IMG/VR virus record: IMGVR_UViG_3300043449_000866
Coordinates: 1 to 33,620 of that record
DNA length: 33,620 bases
Origin: a virus
Strand: one strand, 5' to 3'
This document shows, one piece after another, positions 17,029 to 24,694 of this stretch. Position numbers and translations under genes: made by a program. How positions within the stretch are numbered: the stretch's first letter is position 1; each line of letters opens with the position of its first letter. The notes under the pieces were generated by a model that saw only the letters and a list, made by a program, of their open reading frames with translations, was not told where the DNA came from and did no database searches.

Positions 17029-19611
17029 ATGGCTACTAATCCATTTGCTGAGTTTGTTGCTGAACCAGAGCAAGAGAATCCTTTTGCTACTTTTGTTACA
17101 CAACAACCATTAACTGCACCTAAAGGAGAAAAAACATCTTTAGGTCAATTGCTTCAATCTGCAATATCTCTTGGTCGATCTACTGCTTCTCTTGCTGACG
17201 TAACAGTTGGTGGAGTATTACCTGCTGCGGCACAAATGGTTGGGTATCCTTTGGCACGTTTAGGACGTTCTCCTGAAGAAGCACAAGCGGCCACACAAAG
17301 GATTGTTTCTGCTGTTGACAAGCCATTTGGAAAGATGGCTGGCGTTACTGAGACTCCAGAATATCAGGGTGAGGCTGTTCGTCAACTTATGGACTATATT
17401 GGAGAAAACTTCCAACAGGGTGCTAAGGTTATTGCTGAAAAAACAGGTTTACCCGTAGCTGATATAGAAAATTACATGGGAACATTAACCCTTGCTTTAC
17501 CTGGTATTGCAAGACCAGTCGCCAGAACAGCACGAGAGTTAGCCGCCCCCGCATTAGAAAAGGCTGTTATTGGGGCAAAGATGCCTTTTGAGCCAATGGT
17601 TCAAGCTAGACGTGAAAGAATGTCTTTAGAAGACTATGCTCGTGGGCCACAAATTGATGCCGCCAAAGAAGCGCAACGATTGGGTATTGCTTTAAGTCCA
17701 GAGCAAATTCAACCAACATTAATCCCTAAAACTTTATCTGCTGTTGCGGGTCAGCGTGGTACTGATGCTATTGCTAATGCAAACAAAAATCAAATACGCA
17801 AAATTGCGATAAATGAATTGGGTTTGCCAGAAACTACTGAATTTAATAGCAAAGCACCATTTAATGAAGCAAGAATGCGTGTTGCAGAACCTTACAGTCG
17901 AGTAAAAAAACTGCCAACAATGGTGGCTGATGACAATTTAATCTCTTCTCTTAATAATTTAAGGCCAGATCAGGCGGTAATTGGTGCTAATCAAAAAACA
18001 AAAGCAATAAATGCAATTATTGATGACGCAATAAGCAAAACAAGTACTGGATTAGATGGTGCTCAAATTCTTAAAAATGTTCAAACTCTTCGTCAAGAAG
18101 CAAGAAAAACATACAATAATAAAAGTGCCGATTTACAGGCTCTTGATCTTGCCGACACACGATTGGCAATTGCTAATTCTTTAGAAGCAATGATTGAATC
18201 TAACATTTCCAATCCTAAATTGTTATCTGATTTTAGACAAGCTCGTCAAAAGATGGCCAAGACTTATGCTTATGAAGATGCAACTGACTTCAATACAGGC
18301 ATGATTGATGTTAATAAACTAAGTCGTATTACCGAAAAAGATAATGCGATGACTGGTGACATTGCGGCTCTTGGTAAAATTGCTGGCAACTTCCCTGACG
18401 CATTTACTACCAAAGCAACAGAGTCTATTTTAAGTGCGCCTCGAATTACTCGATCTGGGATTGGTGGCACAGCGGGTGCTACTCTTGGCTATCAACTAGG
18501 CGGTGTAACTGGCTCTGTTCTTGGTACTGCTGCTGGTGTACTTGCGGGTGAAGGTGCGGGTATGCTTGCGTCTAACATCATGTCCTCACCAAAGTATCAA
18601 GCTGGCTTAAGTTTGCGTGATGCCCGTATCCCTGTTAGTCAGGTAGCAACAGCGGCACAACCTATTCCACAGAGTCAGGCTATTGTTCCTTATCAAGCAC
18701 CCGTAGAGGTTTTGGGTCAAGGACAAGGCCCATATCAGCCAAACTTTGTGATTCAACCTAATGAGTATGGCCCAAGAGTAACGACACCTGGCTTTGCTCC
18801 CACTCCTCCTCAACTTCCTTCACCAAGCGCACAAGGCACTCTTTCTGGCTTGCGAACAGAAGATACTCGTAGAGCAGAAATGTCTCGCACACTTGGTCAA
18901 CAAACAGAAATTCAGCAAGCCGCTGTGGAGGCTTCTAATCGTCAACCAGCAAGAGGTGGTCTTGAGTTTACATTTGATGCTGCTGGCAATCTTGTTCCAG
19001 TAACTACATCTGGTGTTGGTGGTGTATTACCTACCGCTTTAGAGTCAGCTATACAGAAAATGTCTGGTCAGGTTATTGAACAACCTAGCACTAGCTATAG
19101 AACTCAAACAATCTCCCCTAAAACTGGTGCTAAACCATACACACGTATTGTAAAAACTGAAGGCGAAACTACTTTTGAACGTGGTGTTTCTCAAGCATTT
19201 GCAATGACTGCCGAAGAGAAGATTGCATGGAGCAAGGTCAAAGCTGATTTGGCTGAAGTTGTTCCAGGCATGAAAACTCTTTCTAATGAAAGCATTCTTA
19301 ATAGACTGCAAGACGTAGAGTGGGCAACAAATGCCGTGCAAAAAGCCCGTGATAAAGCTGTTGCTTTTGAGCAAATTGCGGCTCGTGCAAAGACTAGAGA
19401 TGCACAACAACAAGCCATTGCCAACAGAGAACGAATGTTAGACCTTGCTGAACAAATGGAAAATACATTGCGGGTGGCAAGACCTGATTTAAGTGGAAAG
19501 ACACAAGGGCCAAAGACTCGTGCCGCTTTCCGTGAAGGCTTGTTAACAAACCCACAACCACCATTTAAGATGGAAATTCGTGGTACTAACAAACTTTTGT
19601 CGGGCGACTAA
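17029..19611 (+). CDS. Putative internal virion/ejection protein (860 aa)
   Basis: AAGGAG lies within the end of the upstream gene. It is the largest ORF of the three-gene block, with Gly-rich hydrophobic stretches (GIGGTAGATLGYQLGGVTGSVLGTAAGVLAGEGAG). Confidence 0.4.
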   Translation: MATNPFAEFVAEPEQENPFATFVTQQPLTAPKGEKTSLGQLLQSAISLGRSTASLADVTVGGVLPAAAQMVGYPLARLGRSPEEAQAATQRIVSAVDKPFGKMAGVTETPEYQGEAVRQLMDYIGENFQQGAKVIAEKTGLPVADIENYMGTLTLALPGIARPVARTARELAAPALEKAVIGAKMPFEPMVQARRERMSLEDYARGPQIDAAKEAQRLGIALSPEQIQPTLIPKTLSAVAGQRGTDAIANANKNQIRKIAINELGLPETTEFNSKAPFNEARMRVAEPYSRVKKLPTMVADDNLISSLNNLRPDQAVIGANQKTKAINAIIDDAISKTSTGLDGAQILKNVQTLRQEARKTYNNKSADLQALDLADTRLAIANSLEAMIESNISNPKLLSDFRQARQKMAKTYAYEDATDFNTGMIDVNKLSRITEKDNAMTGDIAALGKIAGNFPDAFTTKATESILSAPRITRSGIGGTAGATLGYQLGGVTGSVLGTAAGVLAGEGAGMLASNIMSSPKYQAGLSLRDARIPVSQVATAAQPIPQSQAIVPYQAPVEVLGQGQGPYQPNFVIQPNEYGPRVTTPGFAPTPPQLPSPSAQGTLSGLRTEDTRRAEMSRTLGQQTEIQQAAVEASNRQPARGGLEFTFDAAGNLVPVTTSGVGGVLPTALESAIQKMSGQVIEQPSTSYRTQTISPKTGAKPYTRIVKTEGETTFERGVSQAFAMTAEEKIAWSKVKADLAEVVPGMKTLSNESILNRLQDVEWATNAVQKARDKAVAFEQIAARAKTRDAQQQAIANRERMLDLAEQMENTLRVARPDLSGKTQGPKTRAAFREGLLTNPQPPFKMEIRGTNKLLSGD

Positions 19612-19704
19612 GTGAAAGACTATGCCGAAGCTCTTATCGCTGCGGTATGTATTAGTGCTTTTGTCATTTTTTGTAGTTTCATCATTCTTTGGGCGTACCC
19701 GTGA
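19612..19704 (+). CDS. Possible 30-aa transmembrane micro-ORF
   Basis: GTG directly after the stop of the 860-aa gene. Encodes VKDYAEALIAAVCISAFVIFCSFIILWAYP and has a GTGA overlap with the next gene. No clear SD. Confidence 0.25.
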   Translation: MKDYAEALIAAVCISAFVIFCSFIILWAYP

Positions 19705-19988
19705 AATGGCTAGTAGCACTTGTTTTAGTTCTAGCACTTCAATCTACAGGCAAAGACCTATGTAGTGTGCGTGAGTTTTACTCAATTGCTTGGGGCATCC
19801 ATGACCCAACTGAGCGACATAGACAGATGGCTGAGTGGCTTACAAAACATCAGCACTTATGCAAAAGTACCGACTTTTTAGTAATTTGGAATAATTTAGC
19901 TGAATGGGGTGGAACTTCTGATTCGCACAACTTGAGAGCATTGGTGATTAGTGGGTATAAGACTGCACTTGAGAGGGAAAAGAAGTGA
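19701..19988 (+). CDS. Secreted or membrane-anchored small protein (95 aa)
   Basis: From the GTG start it reads (M)KWLVALVLVLALQSTG, a signal-peptide-like segment. The track ORF 19689-19988 was trimmed to this start. Confidence 0.5.
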   Translation: MKWLVALVLVLALQSTGKDLCSVREFYSIAWGIHDPTERHRQMAEWLTKHQHLCKSTDFLVIWNNLAEWGGTSDSHNLRALVISGYKTALEREKK

Positions 19989-20224
19989 TACCGCCCTTGT
20001 ATAAATGGTATCCAATGGTGCAACCAGAGGGTTATCCAACTAAAACAGATGCGCTTGAGAGAAGGACTGAACGTCTTAATGAAGAGTACAAACAGGCTCT
20101 GAAGATGCAAAAGATGGATATTAAAATTGATGAACTTGAGTTTGAGTTGTACGTTAAAAAGGCAGAACGCAATCAACTTAGTCTTGAGATTTTTACTAAT
20201 CGTAAATTGGATATATATGTATGA
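19985..20224 (+). CDS. Coiled-coil protein (79 aa)
   Basis: GTGA coupling; charged heptad-like sequence ERRTERLNEEYKQALKMQKMDIKIDELEFELY. Confidence 0.5.
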   Translation: MIPPLYKWYPMVQPEGYPTKTDALERRTERLNEEYKQALKMQKMDIKIDELEFELYVKKAERNQLSLEIFTNRKLDIYV

Positions 20225-20487
20225 CCAAGAATCCAACAAAACCACAGATAGAAGTGAAAGACAAGTTAACCCTGTGGGTGACACTCATGGTAAGCGCAAC
20301 ATTGTGCATCTCCGTATTGGCTATGGTAATCAGCTTTATGTTGGGTCTGTGGGCAAAGGAAGTGGACAACGCAGAGATATTCAAAATGATTTCACCCGCT
20401 TTTTCTACTCTTATCGGAGGCATGATTGGATTCCTGAGTGGTATCAAGCTAATGCAAAATGACGAAAAATCTAAATGTAAGGACTAA
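20221..20487 (+). CDS. Holin/antiholin-like membrane protein (88 aa)
   Basis: Two hydrophobic segments (LTLWVTLMVSATLCISVLAMVISFMLGLWA and MISPAFSTLIGGMIGFLSGI) and a charged C-terminus. Lies upstream of the holin and endolysin. Confidence 0.5.
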   Translation: MTKNPTKPQIEVKDKLTLWVTLMVSATLCISVLAMVISFMLGLWAKEVDNAEIFKMISPAFSTLIGGMIGFLSGIKLMQNDEKSKCKD

Positions 20488-20489
20488 TA

Positions 20490-20993
20490 ATGCTTTCTCT
20501 ATTCTCAACACTTGGTGGTTTACTTATCTCTGGTCTACCAAAACTACTAGACTTCTTTCAGAACAAAGCAGATCAAAAGCATGAATTAGCCTTGGCTAAC
20601 ATTCAAGTTCAAATGCAACTTCAGATGATGGCTCAAGGCTTTGCTGCCCAAGAGCGTATGGAGGAGATCAGGACAGACCAAGTTGCCATGCAGTCTGAAG
20701 CACAGATGACTGAGGCGGCCCTAAAACACGATGAGAAGGTCTTAGAGAGGGCTTCTCAATGGGTTGCCAACTATGTCGGTACTGTTAGACCTACAGTGAC
20801 CTATATCTTTGTATTTGAGTTGGTTGGAATCAATGCTTGGATTGCCTACTACATCTACTCTCGCCCTAGTTTAGTAACTAGCATAGATGACCTAATTCGT
20901 TTGTCAGACATCATTTTCTCTACCGATGAGATGGCAATGTTGGGTGGAATTATTGGGTTTTGGTTCGGATCAAGAGGTTGGAGCAAGAAATGA
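20490..20993 (+). CDS. Holin, 3-TM type
   Basis: N-terminal LFSTLGGLLISGLPKLLDFF, a central coiled region and two C-terminal TM segments, as in 3TM holins. ATGA-coupled to the endolysin. Confidence 0.6.
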   Translation: MLSLFSTLGGLLISGLPKLLDFFQNKADQKHELALANIQVQMQLQMMAQGFAAQERMEEIRTDQVAMQSEAQMTEAALKHDEKVLERASQWVANYVGTVRPTVTYIFVFELVGINAWIAYYIYSRPSLVTSIDDLIRLSDIIFSTDEMAMLGGIIGFWFGSRGWSKK

Positions 20994-21493
20994 AGATCAG
21001 CAAAGCTGGTGAGGACTTGATGCACTTCTTTGAAGGCTACAGGAACAAGCCATACCGCTGTTCTGCTGCTATTTGGACTGTTGGGTGGGGTCACGCTATG
21101 TACGCTGACCAATTAAACCTCCCAAACGTCCGTAAAGAGGGTTATGCAGGGCTTATCAGGTCTGATTACCAACTCAAGGGGGAAGATAATCGTGTATGGT
21201 CAAAAGAGGAACTGGTCGATTTATTCAAGGTGGACATCAATAGTTTTGAACGTGGTGTTCTTCGACTTTCTCCTAATCTGGTTAATCATCAAAGTAAATT
21301 TGACGCTGTTACCAGTTTTGCTTACAACGCAGGGCTAGGGAACTACCAACGCTCCACAATCCGCATGAAGGTTAATCGTGAGGATTGGGAGGGGGCAGCA
21401 GAAGCCTTTATGTCGTGGACTAAGGCGGGTGGGAAAGAAGTCTCTGGGCTTGTCAAACGTAGAGTAGCCGAGAAAAAGCTATTTCTTAGTTAA
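20990..21493 (+). CDS. Endolysin, GH24 phage lysozyme family
   Basis: ATG at 20990. The sequence AGEDLMHFFEGYRNKPYRCSAAIWTVGWGH fits the E...EG....Y.D..G..T.G.GH lysozyme signature. FDAVTSFAYNAG is also present. Confidence 0.8.
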   Translation: MKISKAGEDLMHFFEGYRNKPYRCSAAIWTVGWGHAMYADQLNLPNVRKEGYAGLIRSDYQLKGEDNRVWSKEELVDLFKVDINSFERGVLRLSPNLVNHQSKFDAVTSFAYNAGLGNYQRSTIRMKVNREDWEGAAEAFMSWTKAGGKEVSGLVKRRVAEKKLFLS

Positions 21494-21664
21494 CCTAGCG
21501 GGGCAAGTTCTGCCTTGGTTGCAGTTCCCATGACAAGGCGGGCAGACTTTCATATTCCTTACAAAAGTAGCAAAACTCTGTGCTGTGTCACCAAAGGGTT
21601 TCATTTTGTCAAACTCTTGGGCTATTTCTTCAAGAGTATCGTTTCTGGTTTGGGTTTCATTCAT
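21479..21664 (-). CDS. Small Cys-rich protein (61 aa) ending in the CPPCHGNCNQGRTCP motif
   Basis: ATG at 21664 overlaps the upstream micro-ORF stop (ATGA). The CxxCxGxCxQGRxCP tail recurs in small phage proteins. The 3' end overlaps the endolysin 3' end by 15 nt. Confidence 0.55.
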   Translation of the reverse strand: MNETQTRNDTLEEIAQEFDKMKPFGDTAQSFATFVRNMKVCPPCHGNCNQGRTCPARLTKK

Positions 21665-21750
21665 AAATGACTCCACACTAGCCAACTGACCCATGACCAA
21701 AATAGAACCAAACACAAGAAAAATGTTAAGTAAACTGTTCTTGTACTCAT
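21661..21750 (-). CDS. 29-aa hydrophobic micro-ORF, not in the track
   Basis: AAGGAG lies 6 nt before the ATG at 21750 on the minus strand. Encodes MSTRTVYLTFFLCLVLFWSWVSWLVWSHL, with ATGA overlaps at both ends. Confidence 0.45.
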   Translation of the reverse strand: MSTRTVYLTFFLCLVLFWSWVSWLVWSHL

Positions 21751-21932
21751 CTCACTCTCCTTAAAGGAACTTCTACTCTCTCAGGAGGTGGTGGTGGGGT
21801 CATAGTCTCTGAGGGTGGTGTCCAGCCATGTTTTCTCCACAGGGTTTGAACGTCTGATCCAGACTCCCATTTGAAGTCTTTTAGGGGAACTGAAGGGTAG
21901 CTAATCTTGGAATGTGGTGGTAGTTCTATCAT
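21747..21932 (-). CDS. Pro-rich small protein (61 aa)
   Basis: ATG at 21932 overlaps the stop of the winged-helix gene (ATGA). The longer track ORF 21747-22088 overlaps that gene and was trimmed. Confidence 0.45.
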   Translation of the reverse strand: MIELPPHSKISYPSVPLKDFKWESGSDVQTLWRKHGWTPPSETMTPPPPPERVEVPLRRVR

Positions 21933-22261
21933 TTTGTTGCCCTCATAACCCGTTGATTTCTGCCAAACTTGCCACGTTTGACACCCGTGACTTCGATAAA
22001 TCCCTTGTCTAACAAAGCACGATACCTTGCCGTTATTGAGGAATATGGGTAGTTTGGGAACATACCAAGGATGTCGTCTGAAATACATCCCTCTGGATGG
22101 CTCTTAATGGCCTCGTAGACCATTTGTTCTAGCTTGGTGCTATCAACTGCTTGAGCCGCCTGATGGCTTGTTGTAGGATCTTCTCTTCTAGCCAGTTTAA
22201 ACGCTGGTGAACCAAAGAATCTGTCCATTGACTGCTTCATGTTGCCAAAAATATCATTCAT
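21929..22261 (-). CDS. Winged-helix DNA-binding protein
   Basis: The pattern ARREDPTTSHQAAQAV...MVYEAIKSHPEGCISDDI...ITARYRALLDKGFIEVTG is typical of MarR-like phage winged-helix proteins. Confidence 0.65.
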   Translation of the reverse strand: MNDIFGNMKQSMDRFFGSPAFKLARREDPTTSHQAAQAVDSTKLEQMVYEAIKSHPEGCISDDILGMFPNYPYSSITARYRALLDKGFIEVTGVKRGKFGRNQRVMRATK

Positions 22262-22349
22262 TATTAACTCCTATTGGGTGAGGGGAAAACTGCTCGTCTG
22301 CAAGCTAGGAAAATCCTTTGCACAGCTCTCCCCTCGGGTTTATATTAAC

Positions 22350-22586
22350 TTAAAAAGGCAAAGATTCGTCATCAAAACTTGCCTTCTTAGGGGCTTGTTT
22401 AGGCTGATAGTCTTCTTTAGGTGATACTGCTAAACCCATGAATTTGCCTGACTTTCCCTCTTTAATCCATGCAGATAGCCAGTAATCCTGACCACCCACT
22501 GTAATATTTCCTTTGTAATCAGGATGTTTCTCTGATTCCTTTTTGTCGTTTTTGAACAAAACGCCACTGTTATCTTTCTTTTCCAT
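22350..22586 (-). CDS. Short single-stranded-DNA-binding-like protein with an SSB-type acidic C-terminal tip
   Basis: 78 aa ending FDDESLPF (compare the bacterial SSB tip DDDIPF). The core reads HPDYKGNITVGG.DYWLSAWIKEGKSGKFMGLAV. It lies immediately downstream of the annealing protein gene. Confidence 0.5.
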   Translation of the reverse strand: MEKKDNSGVLFKNDKKESEKHPDYKGNITVGGQDYWLSAWIKEGKSGKFMGLAVSPKEDYQPKQAPKKASFDDESLPF

Positions 22587-23248
22587 TACATTTCCTTCGC
22601 TTTCTTTAACGCACTTCTTACTTTACTGGGTAGGAGTGTCCACAGAGCAATCTTTTGTTGATCGTCTAGGTTCTCTCCCTCTAACTTAACCCAAGCTGCC
22701 TTGGGATCACCCTGTTCGCAAGTAGCAATCAATTCAATTGCTAATTCCTCTAGGTATCGTAATTCCTCCATAGGAATATTATCCATTGCACCCTGAGTAG
22801 GCGTAATCACTACTGATCTGCCCTCTTCTGGCAAGTCTTCACCGCCATACAAATACATCCCGAGTCCATGTAGGGCTAGAGCTTTGGTCATGCACCTCAT
22901 AATGGCTGTATTGACTGCAAAAGCATCTGGATTGGGGATTGCCTTGTTCCGATAGTCCATCACAGGCAATTGGCAAGTCATGGGCTTTTTAAACATGGTC
23001 ACTGTAACGAACACCATTGCTGTGCCGTTGATGTCCATGAAGCACTTGCCATCAAACATCTCTACCTTGTAAGTAGCGTCTGCGTCAGCTTTAAGGGCTT
23101 CTGCCCATGCCCAAGCCCATGATAGGTAGGATAGGCCATTCTTTTTCTCAACGTGCTCATTGACGTTCTTTGCCAACATCTTCGCAATGAGGTCTTTGCG
23201 TTCAACCAATAAGCCTGGTTGGTTGGGATCATTTGTGTAAGTACTCAT
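22586..23248 (-). CDS. Rad52/Sak-family single-strand annealing protein
   Basis: GLSYLSWAWAWAEALK...TAIMRCMTKALALHGLGMYLY matches the Sak/DUF1071 signature. AAAGGAG lies 5 nt before the ATG at 23248. Confidence 0.8.
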   Translation of the reverse strand: MSTYTNDPNQPGLLVERKDLIAKMLAKNVNEHVEKKNGLSYLSWAWAWAEALKADADATYKVEMFDGKCFMDINGTAMVFVTVTMFKKPMTCQLPVMDYRNKAIPNPDAFAVNTAIMRCMTKALALHGLGMYLYGGEDLPEEGRSVVITPTQGAMDNIPMEELRYLEELAIELIATCEQGDPKAAWVKLEGENLDDQQKIALWTLLPSKVRSALKKAKEM

Positions 23249-23249
23249 A

Positions 23250-23438
23250 TTAACTCCTTTGATTCTCATCTAACTCTTGTTGAATAATCTCTTTTTGTTG
23301 TTCAGGATATAAATCCTTGAACTCGATAAAGTCTGCCTCTTGGCAACAAACTATTTTATCCCCTTTGATTGTCAAACAATAGGGGCAGTAGTGTATGTCT
23401 GAGAACTCTGACACATAGGTTTGGAATAGTGTTTTCAA
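23250..23438 (-). CDS. Small Cys-containing protein (62 aa)
   Basis: CPYC...CC motif; tightly packed in the operon. Confidence 0.5.
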   Translation of the reverse strand: MKTLFQTYVSEFSDIHYCPYCLTIKGDKIVCCQEADFIEFKDLYPEQQKEIIQQELDENQRS

Positions 23439-23635
23439 TGGAAACTTTCATAAGCCATTGTCCACAGAACATCACCCGCCAGATCGGTGAGCTTATTCAA
23501 CTCATCTTCTGTTAGTGGTGTTCCATCTTCATAGCATCCACCTGAAAAGTAGGCATCACAGAAGTCTGGGAAGTCTCTGCTATCTACTCCATCTATCTCT
23601 AGGTCTACAACCTTTTTTCCATTAAGAATTGGCAT
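23435..23635 (-). CDS. Small acidic protein (66 aa), first gene of the leftward operon
   Basis: AGGAG lies 5 nt before the ATG at 23635. Motif IDGVDSRDFPDFCDAYF...GTPLTEDELNKL. The track ORF was trimmed from 23674. Confidence 0.55.
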   Translation of the reverse strand: MPILNGKKVVDLEIDGVDSRDFPDFCDAYFSGGCYEDGTPLTEDELNKLTDLAGDVLWTMAYESFH

Positions 23636-23757
23636 ATTTACTCCTGTTAAACGTGGGTTACTGTTTGCCCACACCGATAATGTGCCACACCTTTTTATCT
23701 TTTTATACTAGGATAAACCCTAATAGACAGACTAAAAAACAACACTACTATTTGCGT
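23636..23757. promoter_or_regulatory. Divergent intergenic control region between the leftward and rightward operons
   Basis: 122-bp non-coding gap between divergent first genes. Contains one AGG-ATAAA-CCCT palindrome (23710-23721). No convincing sigma70 hexamers could be assigned. Confidence 0.4.
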
Positions 23758-23937
23758 ATGAACATCGAACAAATTGAACAAACTTGTGCGGAAACCCTAC
23801 AAGGCTACGCTAATCGAATGGCTAGTGTCTATGTAGACGAACCAGAGGACTTTAATGCCTCTGTAACAGCTTTACTTGCTAGAACGCTAGAGATACATCT
23901 AAACCGCCCAATCAACCTGGAGAACCTTTACAAATGA
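23758..23937 (+). CDS. Hypothetical protein (59 aa)
   Basis: First ATG of the ORF that does not overlap the divergent gene. Weak or absent SD. Confidence 0.4.
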   Translation: MNIEQIEQTCAETLQGYANRMASVYVDEPEDFNASVTALLARTLEIHLNRPINLENLYK

Positions 23938-24308
23938 CCCAACAAGCAATTATCAGAGCTTTACAGAATGGATCGCTTACTGCCTATCAGATGGAGAATC
24001 TAACTGGCATCCCAAGAACTTCAATAGTGGCTGCTTGCAAGAAGATGTTTCGCAAGAAAGAGCTTACTGTTGAGAAAATCAAGGTGCATCGTGCTTGGAT
24101 CTGTAGATATACCCTAGAACCACACATGATTGAGGCTCAAAAAGCCGCCAATGATGAGCCTTATGACAAGCTAAACCCCTTTGATGTACGCAATGCAAAG
24201 GGTATTTTTACCAAATCTGAGTATGCCGTGATGAACAATCAGGCTAGAAACTTCTACAAGGGAAATCCTAATTTCACCAAAGAAATCACAAATAATCAAT
24301 TTATTTGA
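23934..24308 (+). CDS. Winged-helix DNA-binding protein (124 aa)
   Basis: ATGA coupling. IRALQNGSLTAYQMENLTGIPRTSIVAACKKMFRKKEL looks like a helix-turn-helix/winged-helix segment. Confidence 0.55.
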   Translation: MTQQAIIRALQNGSLTAYQMENLTGIPRTSIVAACKKMFRKKELTVEKIKVHRAWICRYTLEPHMIEAQKAANDEPYDKLNPFDVRNAKGIFTKSEYAVMNNQARNFYKGNPNFTKEITNNQFI

Positions 24309-24318
24309 AAAAAACCTC

Positions 24319-24345
24319 TTGACACAATAAAAAGTTGTGTACAAT
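24319..24345 (+). promoter_or_regulatory. Sigma70-like promoter candidate
   Basis: TTGACA at 24319-24324 and TACAAT at 24340-24345. Both hexamers are consensus-like, but the 15-nt spacer is short. Confidence 0.4.
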
Positions 24346-24378
24346 GAAATTGTTGCTGTGAAGGGTAACAATGTTAAG

Positions 24379-24472
24379 GCCGTTTGCACATGCTCTCTGT
24401 CTTTCGCAAGCACCAGTAGTAGTGTGTTTACGAAAGACCTTCACCAGAGAGCAGTTGCAAGCGGCTTTTTTA
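24379..24472 (+). terminator. Long compound hairpin followed by a U tract: terminator, or the 3' end of a candidate sRNA of about 120 nt
   Basis: The outer arms 24379-24399 (gccgtttgcacatgctctctg) and 24445-24465 (cagagagcagttgcaagcggc) pair at 18 Watson-Crick positions plus one G-U, out of 21. An inner stem pairs tctttcg (24400-24406) with cgaaaga (24431-24437). TTTTTTA follows at 24466-24472. Confidence 0.55.
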
Positions 24473-24694
24473 TTTCTTTCATGGCTTCCGTACTCCACAC
24501 GAAAGTAGTGCATCTGCATGGATGGCTTGGAAGAAAACACCGACATCAGGAAACACCCCCTGTTTGCCGACCAGCGTTGGTTAAGCGACTGGTAAAGCAT
24601 TTGGTACATGGTGGAACAAGGCCAAATGTATAAGCGAATTAACTCGTCATGCGCACTTGGGGCGTTTTGTATTTTAGTTAACAGGAGTCAATAT

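Noticed and set aside
19850-20284. 144-aa minus-strand ORF over the lysis-cassette region, and plus-strand ORF 20127-20462
   Set aside because: They overlap the coupled plus-strand genes (19701-20487), which have sensible signal or TM features. The alternatives lack an RBS and look like frame artefacts of AT-rich sequence.
21479-21493. 15-nt overlap of the convergent 3' ends of the endolysin gene and the last leftward gene, considered as a bidirectional terminator or antisense regulatory site
   Set aside because: Only a weak 4-bp stem (caag/cttg) is visible and there is no U/A tract. It is probably just compact genome packing. Transcript 3'-end data would be needed to say more.
24337-24633. 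98-aa plus-strand ORF, and overlapping minus-strand ORFs 24301-24609 and 24171-24413, in the non-coding island
   Set aside because: No Shine-Dalgarno site, non-ATG or context-less starts, and odd composition (Cys/His/Ser-rich, non-protein-like). They also overlap one another, and the region is better explained by a promoter plus structured RNA.
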